DNA from: a virus
DNA: 64,000 bases
Reading direction: 5' to 3' (one strand)
IMG/VR virus record: IMGVR_UViG_3300024496_000011
Of the stretch, positions 26,000-33,336 are shown piece after piece. How positions within the stretch are numbered: the stretch's first letter is position 1; each line of letters starts with the position of its first letter. A program made the translations under genes and the position numbers. The notes beneath the pieces are model-generated. The model did not search any database. It saw only the letters and a program-made list of their open reading frames with translations, and had not been told where the DNA came from.

Positions 26000-26433
26000 G
26001 TTTGTAAAAATTGATTCCAAGAATTTCCATTATGGAGTTCTTGATGACAATTATGACATAAAAGATCACACTTGTCTATTTCTTCTTTTAGAGTTTCATA
26101 CTTTGTATTTCCAAATCTTCTAGCATCAAGATTTAGTTCTTTTTGTGATGGATCTCTATGATGAAAGCACAGCATTGCTGGTCTGTTTTCACCACACTGT
26201 TGACATTTTCCACCTTTATTTTGAATTGCTTCCCATTTTCTTTCATAAGAAACTCTTTTTTGTCTTTCGTAAGTGTTTCTTTGTACTTGTTTAGGTTTAT
26301 AGTTTGTGTCGTTTTTATAACGCCATCTTTGTCTACAAGCATTGCTACACCATTTTTTTAGTCGTCCTTTTGTGACTCTTTCATTTAATATATCACAACC
26401 ACAATTATGACAGGTAGATATTAAAGTAAACAT
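25990..26433 (-). CDS. HNH homing endonuclease
   Basis: CQQCG...LCFHHRDP...CDLLCHNCHQELH plus N-terminal Cys knuckles. Confidence 0.85.
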   Translation of the reverse strand: MFTLISTCHNCGCDILNERVTKGRLKKWCSNACRQRWRYKNDTNYKPKQVQRNTYERQKRVSYERKWEAIQNKGGKCQQCGENRPAMLCFHHRDPSQKELNLDARRFGNTKYETLKEEIDKCDLLCHNCHQELHNGNSWNQFLQTLV

Positions 26434-26479
26434 ATTGGTGTTATGAATATATACATAATTATTTATAAAAATTATGTAA

Positions 26480-26551
26480 TGGGAATACTGGGAGTTGAAC
26501 CCAGACTAAGCCCTTATAAGGAGCCCGCTCTAACCATTAAGCTATACTCCC
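26480..26551 (-). tRNA. tRNA-Ile(TAT)
   Basis: GGGAGTA/TATTCCC acceptor; GGCTC-CTTATAA-GGGCT; T arm CTGGG-TTCAACT-CCCAG. Confidence 0.88.
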
Positions 26552-26565
26552 CTGAATCCAGATCT

Positions 26566-26594
26566 ATAATAGCGGATCTGGAACGCTTTGTCAA
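26566..26594 (-). promoter_or_regulatory. sigma70 promoter TTGACA-17-TATTAT for tRNA-Ile
   Basis: -35 at 26589-26594, -10 at 26566-26571. Confidence 0.75.
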
Positions 26595-26821
26595 GAACCT
26601 TCTTCGTGGTCGGTGTGTATTCGTATCACATCGTCGTCCACATCAGATTCTACTGCAAACTTTATGGTTTCGTTGTATGGAACAATCACTGCGCTTCTTT
26701 CTCCATCAGTAATAATAAACGATTCACCATTTTCTACTCTTTGTATTAGATTGTCAAAATCTGCTTGAAACTCTTCAACCGTAAATTTTTGGAGATCTGA
26801 AAGTTCTGGATACATTTTCAT
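26591..26821 (-). CDS. Phd/YefM-like antitoxin-fold protein
   Basis: FTVEEFQADFDNLIQRVENGESFIITDGERSAVIVP fits the Phd beta-alpha-beta-beta pattern. Confidence 0.6.
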   Translation of the reverse strand: MKMYPELSDLQKFTVEEFQADFDNLIQRVENGESFIITDGERSAVIVPYNETIKFAVESDVDDDVIRIHTDHEEGS

Positions 26822-26839
26822 AAAGTGAAGTTTTATGAG

Positions 26840-26913
26840 TCGGGGTGACAGGATTCGAACCTGCGACCCTCTGCTCCCAAAGCAGATGCGCTACCAAGCT
26901 GCGCTACACCCCG
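26840..26913 (-). tRNA. tRNA-Pro(TGG)
   Basis: Canonical cloverleaf CGGGGTG...TTTGGGA...GTTCGAATC...CACCCCG. Confidence 0.95.
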
Positions 26914-27026
26914 TTACTTGTTTTTGTGTATGTACATAATACCAGCAAAAGGTACAACTGTCAATCCCATTCCACAAAGAAAAAGAAAGAAAGGACTTGC
27001 TGCTAGGGTTTCAACCAAGTGGAAAA

Positions 27027-27227
27027 TCATCTTCCTCTCCAGTTCTTGTATTCATAATACATGTATTGGTCAACTTCGTCAAGTCCTTGTAAAGGGGCGT
27101 TAACATTCCAAATAGACCATTCTTTGCAAAACTGTTTAATATCTATATTGTTTACAATATTGTGCCCATACATTCTCACAAAAGAAGACATTGCAAAATT
27201 GTATCTTTGTTTATTTGACATATGCAT
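27027..27227 (-). CDS. Hypothetical protein
   Basis: 66-aa ORF. Confidence 0.6.
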   Translation of the reverse strand: MHMSNKQRYNFAMSSFVRMYGHNIVNNIDIKQFCKEWSIWNVNAPLQGLDEVDQYMYYEYKNWRGR

Positions 27228-27414
27228 AATTAAGTCCCCAATAAATCCACAAACTAATTGTAGAAAAATATATTAAGGATAATACAAAAAGTGTTTTAGT
27301 CATCTTCTTCGTCCTCGTAAGTTGATGGTTCTTCAAAGAGTTCATCCATTTTCTGTTGAAAAACTCTTTGGTATAGTTCTTGTAAGTCTTCTTCGGTGAA
27401 TCTTACCATTCTCT

Positions 27415-27615
27415 CTATAAGGATATTTTTAACCAGGGTAATAGAGGAGGAATAACACCAACTAATCTTAAAAGTCCCTCAGCAAATAAAGCAAGAACCA
27501 CCCAACCGACGCACATACTAATGATAGAAGCATTACGGTTGTGTCTTCTGATAGCATCATCGATCATCTCCTGAACTTCAGAACGGGTAATAAACTCTTC
27601 TTGTTCGTGCATCAT
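27415..27615 (-). CDS. Small membrane protein
   Basis: C-terminal TM helix. Confidence 0.65.
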   Translation of the reverse strand: MMHEQEEFITRSEVQEMIDDAIRRHNRNASIISMCVGWVVLALFAEGLLRLVGVIPPLLPWLKISL

Positions 27616-27761
27616 TTCTCGTCTCCAAGAAACTTTGCAAGAGGATCTTTGCGGGTTTTTAAAATCTCACATGCTCTATAATAAAACATATTATTGGTGT
27701 TACCAGAGGCTTCAAAAGTTGCCTTGATCTTCACCCAATTTTCATAGGTGTGTTGATCCAT
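27612..27761 (-). CDS. Small hypothetical protein (49 aa, MDQHTYENWVKIKATFEASG...)
   Basis: Hand-translated; stop overlaps the next start. Confidence 0.55.
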   Translation of the reverse strand: MDQHTYENWVKIKATFEASGNTNNMFYYRACEILKTRKDPLAKFLGDEK

Positions 27762-27874
27762 AGGTTTGTCCCTGTGATACTATTATATACTAATCACAGA
27801 CACTTCAAAGTCAACTTTTTGTGTTCATATCGTAACACTGTTGAAGAAATTATTAAATTTGTAAGTTATCTTAA

Positions 27875-27957
27875 CGGAAAGAACAGGAATCGAACCTGCG
27901 AGGGCGTTAACCCCAGCCGCTTTCAAGGCGGTGTCCTCGACCAACCGGACTCTTTCC
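27875..27957 (-). tRNA. tRNA-Ser(TGA)
   Basis: CTTGAAA loop, long variable arm, GTTCGATTC. Confidence 0.92.
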
Positions 27958-27967
27958 AGTAATAGGT

Positions 27968-28219
27968 TCAACGAACCTCAAAATCCAAACGCTTTACTTT
28001 GCGTTGGCGTCTTGCCTCTTGCCAGGCAATATCTTGTGAAGTCAGAACATTTGATTTTTGTTCTTTCTGAATAGAGTTTAGCATAACAATACGAGATAAG
28101 TCAACTGCTGAAACTTTATCTCCACGGATCGTTGCCATATTAGGACATCCACAAGTGACTGTTTTTGATGGGTGTCCTGTTAATTCTTTATTGCAATCTT
28201 TGCATCTTATTGAAATCAT
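27968..28219 (-). CDS. Zinc-ribbon hypothetical protein
   Basis: CKDC...CGC. Confidence 0.65.
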   Translation of the reverse strand: MISIRCKDCNKELTGHPSKTVTCGCPNMATIRGDKVSAVDLSRIVMLNSIQKEQKSNVLTSQDIAWQEARRQRKVKRLDFEVR

Positions 28220-28234
28220 TATTCTTCATCCTAT

Positions 28235-28669
28235 TCATTGTAAGTGAGACCTTAACATCCAAATAAACTTACCGTGAGACTCCATCAAATCTTGAACTAG
28301 ATTAGCAGTTGCATATTGCTTTTGTGCTTCGGATTCCTCTGAAATCTCTTGCATCATTTCACAAAACTTTTCATTATTTTCAAGAAGTTCTTGAAGCATT
28401 TCTCTTGCTCCAGATGAACTTGCTGCTTCTTTGATTTGAGTTACCTCAAGCATTCTCGAAAGAGAACTGAGAGGTTTTACATTCAAATAACGCATATGTT
28501 CTGAGAGACGATCGATCTCTTCAAACATAGTCTCATACTGACCACCAAAAAGTTGATGGAGTTGAGTAAAGTCTTCACCTACAACATTCCAGTGAAATGC
28601 CCAAGTTTTATGGAATAAAACAAAAAGCGATGACTGTGCATCACTCAAGAGTTTATAAAGTTTTTCCAT
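28235..28669 (-). CDS. dps: Dps / ferritin-like DNA-protection protein
   Basis: HKTWAFHWNVVGEDFTQLHQLF...YE...IDRLSEH...HGKFIWML. Confidence 0.92.
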   Translation of the reverse strand: MEKLYKLLSDAQSSLFVLFHKTWAFHWNVVGEDFTQLHQLFGGQYETMFEEIDRLSEHMRYLNVKPLSSLSRMLEVTQIKEAASSSGAREMLQELLENNEKFCEMMQEISEESEAQKQYATANLVQDLMESHGKFIWMLRSHLQ

Positions 28670-28699
28670 TATACTCTTTTTTTATTTTTATTTATCAAG

Positions 28700-28772
28700 T
28701 GGGAGCAGAGGGATTCGAACCCCCGACATTCTGCGTGTAAAGCAGACGCTGCTACCGCTGAGCTATGCTCCC
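28700..28772 (-). tRNA. tRNA-Val(TAC)
   Basis: TCTGC-TTTACAC-GCAGA; canonical arms. Confidence 0.95.
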
Positions 28773-29183
28773 GTATTTAGGATGCCCACCGTTTTTATAT
28801 CTTCCACCTCTACTCTTATTTGGAGGTTGAGTTTTAAGAGAGTGGCAATTTGGACAGAGAACCTGCAAATTGCTTGGCGAATGATTAAATGGGTCATCGT
28901 CAATATGGTCGATTTCTAATGGAACTTTACCAGTATGGATATTAGTTCCAGACCAACCACATTTAGAGCACTTGTGTAGTGCTTCCTCCAAAAGATAGTT
29001 TCTTACATATTGCGATAAATTGTAAGAAGAACCACCTGAAACTAAACCTTGTTTCCATTCAGTAATATACTGATTTCTTGTGTGTTCTTGTTGACATTTG
29101 TTGTTACAATACTTACCTCTTTTATGATAAGGATTGTAAGTAAATATCGTAGAACAATTTAAACAAGTAGCGGTTTGTTTCAT
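28752..29183 (-). CDS. HNH homing endonuclease
   Basis: CSKCG...LEIDHIDDDPFNHSPSNLQVLCPNCHS. Confidence 0.9.
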   Translation of the reverse strand: MKQTATCLNCSTIFTYNPYHKRGKYCNNKCQQEHTRNQYITEWKQGLVSGGSSYNLSQYVRNYLLEEALHKCSKCGWSGTNIHTGKVPLEIDHIDDDPFNHSPSNLQVLCPNCHSLKTQPPNKSRGGRYKNGGHPKYGSIAQR

Positions 29184-29226
29184 CAGTTTAGTAGAACACT
29201 TTATTATTTATAAGGTATTCTACTAA

Positions 29227-29298
29227 CTCCCCCGACAAGATTCGAACTTGTGACCTGGAAATTAACAGTTTCTCGCGCTACCGCTGCGCCACAGGGGA
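29227..29298 (-). tRNA. tRNA-Asn(GTT)
   Basis: CTGTTAA loop; canonical D and T arms. Confidence 0.93.
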
Positions 29299-29353
29299 AT
29301 AAGTGTAGGTGAACCAACCTACAGTTTAGAGATTGCTCTCAAGGTCTTTTATG

Positions 29354-29428
29354 TGCCTCTGGCTGGGAATCGAACCCAGTATCCAACTCCTTTGTCAGGG
29401 TGTCCTTACCAATAGACTACGCAGAGGA
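29354..29428 (-). ncRNA. tRNA-like RNA with canonical D and T arms but aberrant anticodon arm
   Basis: CCTCTG...TAGTCTATTGGTAAGGAC...CTGGG-TTCGATT-CCCAG-CCAGAGG; no 5 bp / 7 nt anticodon stem-loop can be formed. Confidence 0.65.
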
Positions 29429-29540
29429 AATGGGAAGTATTAGAGGACTTCCCAGCAAGGGTGATCAATCCCTTGACCTATGAGAGTCCCATAGGATTTA
29501 GTTGGCGTCTTTCTATGCTATCTGCATAACGACTACCAAG

Positions 29541-29612
29541 AGCGAAAGACGAGATTCGAACTCGCAACAACCTGCTTGGAAGGCAGGGACTCTACCGTTG
29601 AGTTACTTTCGC
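29541..29612 (-). tRNA. tRNA-Gly(TCC)
   Basis: CCTGC-CTTCCAA-GCAGG. Confidence 0.95.
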
Positions 29613-29621
29613 AATGAGACA

Positions 29622-29650
29622 ATCATAAACTATTTAAGTTAGATTGTCAA
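29622..29650 (-). promoter_or_regulatory. sigma70 promoter TTGACA-17-TATGAT for the tRNA-Gly unit
   Basis: -35 at 29645-29650, -10 at 29622-29627. Confidence 0.8.
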
Positions 29651-29651
29651 G

Positions 29652-29733
29652 TGTCGATGAAAGGACTTGAACCTTCATGGATTGCTCCACTGGAACCTAA
29701 ACCCAGCGCGTATACCAATTCCGCCACATCGAC
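29652..29733 (-). tRNA. tRNA-Leu(TAG)
   Basis: CTGGG-TTTAGGT-TCCAG, long variable arm. Confidence 0.93.
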
Positions 29734-29830
29734 TAGATGGAGTAAGCGTAATATACCTCAAGGATATAACAGAGGCTTACCCTCTATCTTGCTACGGCAT
29801 TCTGGTTTATCTTTCCAGCGCAAGTAGCAA

Positions 29831-29904
29831 CGACTCAGGAGGGACTTGAACCCCCGACCAACTGCTTAGAAGGCAGATGCTCTATCCAACTGAGCTACTG
29901 AGTC
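29831..29904 (-). tRNA. tRNA-Arg(TCT)
   Basis: TCTGC-CTTCTAA-GCAGT. Confidence 0.95.
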
Positions 29905-29926
29905 ATTTGTTTACCTGTATATTGTA

Positions 29927-30325
29927 TCACTCCTTAGGGCAGGTGTCAACCCATGGAGCACATAACCTCATTTCACCTCCTAATAATTTTTGAGCTTCAG
30001 AGTTATCTGGAGCTTTCTCGATCAACCGTGGCAAAGGTACTCTAGGTGGATCTGAGTCTCTTGTCAAGCGTTCATAGTCACGAATCGCTTTATCCACATC
30101 ACGCTCAACCCTTCTATCCACTACACCAGGATCCTGAAGCAGTACATCGTTGATTATGGTGCCTGGGAACAGAGTCCTCTGAACCTCGTCTAGAAGGTCC
30201 CAGAGACGCTCCTGAGGCGCTCCAGTGCATTGGGAGAGGGTTGCTACGATAGCACTGAGTATGACGCTTATAAGGAGTATCTGCTTCTTATCTGGTTTCT
30301 TTTTTCCGAAGTTAAAATTGAACAT
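29927..30325 (-). CDS. Hypothetical membrane-anchored protein
   Basis: N-terminal hydrophobic segment, LSQC possible lipobox. Confidence 0.65.
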   Translation of the reverse strand: MFNFNFGKKKPDKKQILLISVILSAIVATLSQCTGAPQERLWDLLDEVQRTLFPGTIINDVLLQDPGVVDRRVERDVDKAIRDYERLTRDSDPPRVPLPRLIEKAPDNSEAQKLLGGEMRLCAPWVDTCPKE

Positions 30326-30394
30326 AAAAAAAGAGGAGTAGCAACCACTCTCCTCTATTTATTATTCAGTTGTCATATTCTATATTTTATTGTA

Positions 30395-31048
30395 TCAAAC
30401 TTCTACCGTGATCAGTTTGGAAGCATACTCATGAGCATACGAAGTGCGGGCACCATGATGCCCCCAACCAATCCAACTATACGCATAGTCCATGTAACGA
30501 TTGATAGACTTGCCAGGAGTTTTCATCCTGTCTTCAATTCGTTGCCATTGAACCTCAGTCATTAGATAACGAAGTTGCGTGTGAAGTGATGATGGAGAAC
30601 CACCATACCTCTTAGCAAAATCACCCAATCCATAATATCTGTCGGCAGATGTCCATTGAATCAGTCCATAACCGCGACCGCAGTTATGCCAACTGGTTCT
30701 GCTACCACCTTCGCAAATGTTAGGAATAAAAGTTGATTCCTGACGGATATTGCCCATAATGGTAGCAAGGGCGTTTCTGTCTTTAATACCACGATCCTGG
30801 AAAAAATCCAAGGTAGCATTCTCATATTCATTACACCCTTTACAAATTAGCCTTTTCTCTTTTGGCTTTATTGGTGCAACCTCGCGGATTGCTGTCGTCT
30901 CTGGTTCAAACTCTTTAATAATTGAGTAAGGTTTTTCTTCCACTGGGGGAGGCGGACCTTGCAGTTTATAACTAGAGAAAGGCAGTGATGCCGTATTGGT
31001 TGTAACCATTGCCATAAGGGGAACGGCTACAGTAAAGAAGTTAAGCAT
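30395..31048 (-). CDS. Exported lysozyme-like cell-wall hydrolase (phage tail lysozyme family)
   Basis: ALATIMGNIRQES...GYGLIQWT; likely start MLNFF. Confidence 0.8.
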   Translation of the reverse strand: MLNFFTVAVPLMAMVTTNTASLPFSSYKLQGPPPPVEEKPYSIIKEFEPETTAIREVAPIKPKEKRLICKGCNEYENATLDFFQDRGIKDRNALATIMGNIRQESTFIPNICEGGSRTSWHNCGRGYGLIQWTSADRYYGLGDFAKRYGGSPSSLHTQLRYLMTEVQWQRIEDRMKTPGKSINRYMDYAYSWIGWGHHGARTSYAHEYASKLITVEV

Positions 31049-31177
31049 TAAAATTAATTGAACTCTACATCCGTATAGAAAGGGGGTACACCCTTTTCTC
31101 AAAGGGCACTTTCCACGGCTCTAAATGTCACTCAAAGTCTCATTATAAGAAAACCCACCTTATGGTGGGTTATTAAC

Positions 31178-31206
31178 ATTATAAGTTTTTATTTAGATTT
31201 TGTCAA
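31178..31206 (-). promoter_or_regulatory. sigma70 promoter TTGACA-17-TATAAT
   Basis: -35 at 31201-31206, -10 at 31178-31183. Confidence 0.85.
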
Positions 31207-31215
31207 TTGGTTGGA

Positions 31216-31437
31216 TTACCGAACATCAACTTCTTGCTCATCTGTCCAATCATCATCCTCCAAACAAAGATAATTCAGTTCTTGCATTCCTTCTGGGATA
31301 TTAATCCACTCATCAAATTCGGAAGCAATTGCAAGAGCATTAAGTTGATCCTCCATTCCACCATGATCTGCAAGGTGACGAATCCGATCAATAGACCAAT
31401 TCCTCACATAAGGAACTGGTTCAATCTGAGTTTCCAT
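31216..31437 (-). CDS. Hypothetical acidic protein
   Basis: Likely start METQIEP, overlapping the end of the GIY-YIG ORF. Confidence 0.6.
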   Translation of the reverse strand: METQIEPVPYVRNWSIDRIRHLADHGGMEDQLNALAIASEFDEWINIPEGMQELNYLCLEDDDWTDEQEVDVR

Positions 31438-31867
31438 AATAATCTTTTCGGAAGTACCTGTTGAGGATGTTGCTATTGTAGTAGGCGGGTGTTCCGTTGT
31501 CAAGTGATTCTGTGAGAACTCCGTTGACGAATAACTGTCTCGTTTCTTCGAAGTTTGTTTTGCCCTTTGTTTTATGTAATGATAAGATAGTTCGACTAAA
31601 ATTTTCTCTGCCCAATTTGTCAATGTCTTCTTTAAGTTCCGGACAAGACCCATAGTATTCTTTCCAATTAGATTCTGATTTTACTTTTCGTTTTTTACCT
31701 TTTGGTGTTCTAAATTGCCAAAGGTATTTTCTACCAATATATCTCTTACCGTTTAGTTTATTTTCAATCAAATAAACAAATCCATAATGGTCTCCGATAT
31801 CTTCACTTGTGAAAGGATTCCCATTATAGATCCAAGGATTATCATAGTCAATATCTATACTCATCAA
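31421..31867 (-). CDS. GIY-YIG-type nuclease-like protein
   Basis: YGFVYLIEN...RYIGRK...YYGS. Confidence 0.75.
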   Translation of the reverse strand: MMSIDIDYDNPWIYNGNPFTSEDIGDHYGFVYLIENKLNGKRYIGRKYLWQFRTPKGKKRKVKSESNWKEYYGSCPELKEDIDKLGRENFSRTILSLHKTKGKTNFEETRQLFVNGVLTESLDNGTPAYYNSNILNRYFRKDYYGNSD

Positions 31868-32009
31868 TAATATCTAAAACCTCATTCAGATATTTATGAG
31901 CAAGTCCTTTCATATCCATTTCTGGTCGAATATGATCTTTGTGTAATTTATCTTTTAATTTTAAAACACGAACTTTAAGTTCGTCTTTGTTTATTTGATT
32001 TTTTGGCAT
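31848..32009 (-). CDS. Small hypothetical protein (53 aa)
   Basis: MPKNQINKDELKVRVLKLK...; hand-translated. Confidence 0.5.
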   Translation of the reverse strand: MPKNQINKDELKVRVLKLKDKLHKDHIRPEMDMKGLAHKYLNEVLDIIDEYRY

Positions 32010-32148
32010 AAAAAAGAGGAGTGTGACCTCCCCTATCTATCAGATATCATTTAACCATTCTTTACAAAAGTCATAATCTCCAAACATAAACTCATCACAT
32101 TCTGCCGCTTCTTTGTATGCGTTCAGAATTTCCTGTTCACACCATTCA

Positions 32149-33336
32149 TCATAGTTTGAATCCTGAGAAAGTATTTTTGGTAACATCTTGTTTGATTCCA
32201 CCAACTACATATGATTCTACTTCCGTTTCCTGGGGAGCAACCTGGAGACCTTTAGAAGAAATCCAGTGCTGTGTCCAAGGAAGTGGGTTGTTGTTTGCTG
32301 AAATATCGTATTGGGGTTTTAATCCAATTGCTTTAAGTCTTCTATTTGCAATCCACTCTACATATTGCTGAAGAAGTTTATCATTGAGTCCAATCATACT
32401 GCCATCTTTGAACAGATAGTCTGCCCAACGCTTTTCTTCATTAACAGCACGATCAAACATCTTATAAGTCCATTCTTCCTCTTCTTTCATAATCTTTTGC
32501 ATTTCAGGATCATCACCATCTCTCCACTTATTCAGAATGTTTTGAGTAAGTGCTAGATGTTGATTTTCGTCTCTTGCGATGAGAGAGATAATCTTAGCTG
32601 ATCCCTCCATAAGCTTAAGTTCACCAAAGGCGAAACTACAAGCAAAACTAACGTAGAAGCGAATACCCTCAAGAATATTAACATTTGCGACTGCTCTATA
32701 GAGTTTTCGTTTAACATCATTGATTGTTTCCTTTGCGTATGAGACTCCTTCAAGATTATGCATCCAAGCATTGGATGTACCATAAGTTTGGGCTGATTGA
32801 ATGAAATCATCATATGATTTTGTAACGGTCTTAGCGCGTTCCAGAATACGCTCATCGCCAATAATAGTATCAAAAACTTCAGATGGGTCTGAATAAATGT
32901 TTTTAATAATATAAGTGTATGAACGACTATGAATCATTTCCATAAATCCCCATACTTCCATACATGCTTCCAATTCAGGTAGTGAGCAGTAAGGAATGAA
33001 TGCCATACCAGGACCACGACCCTGAACAGAGTCAAGCATAATCTGATACTTCAGATTAGAAGTATAGATATGCTTTTGTTCGGGACGAAGTGTTTGATAA
33101 TCTCCACGATCTTTTTGGAGAGATACCTCTTCGGGTCTCCAGAAGTATCCAAGTTGCTGAGTAGTTAATTTGTCAAAGATGGGATACTTGTATGAGTCAT
33201 ATCTCTGAATCCCAAGAGGTTTACCAAAAAACATTGGTTGCTTCTTGGTATCTACTTTTTCAGTATTAAAAACGGTCATTCCTTTAATTTCGGTGGTTTC
33301 TTCGGTTGAAGAAATTTTAAACTGCACAGGATTCAC
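32149..33336 (-). CDS. nrdB: Ribonucleotide reductase class Ia beta subunit
   Basis: FWRPEEV, EMIHSRSY, LEGIRFYVSF, IARDENQH, PQETEVESY. Confidence 0.97.
   Translation of the reverse strand: MNPVQFKISSTEETTEIKGMTVFNTEKVDTKKQPMFFGKPLGIQRYDSYKYPIFDKLTTQQLGYFWRPEEVSLQKDRGDYQTLRPEQKHIYTSNLKYQIMLDSVQGRGPGMAFIPYCSLPELEACMEVWGFMEMIHSRSYTYIIKNIYSDPSEVFDTIIGDERILERAKTVTKSYDDFIQSAQTYGTSNAWMHNLEGVSYAKETINDVKRKLYRAVANVNILEGIRFYVSFACSFAFGELKLMEGSAKIISLIARDENQHLALTQNILNKWRDGDDPEMQKIMKEEEEWTYKMFDRAVNEEKRWADYLFKDGSMIGLNDKLLQQYVEWIANRRLKAIGLKPQYDISANNNPLPWTQHWISSKGLQVAPQETEVESYVVGGIKQDVTKNTFSGFKL

Noticed and set aside
29354-29540. tmRNA or retron msr-msd interpretation
   Set aside because: No tag reading frame or tmRNA termini were recognised, and no reverse transcriptase is present in the window
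31438-31653. Long overlap of ORF 31216-31653 with the GIY-YIG gene
   Set aside because: Better explained by a start at 31437; no evidence for true overprinting
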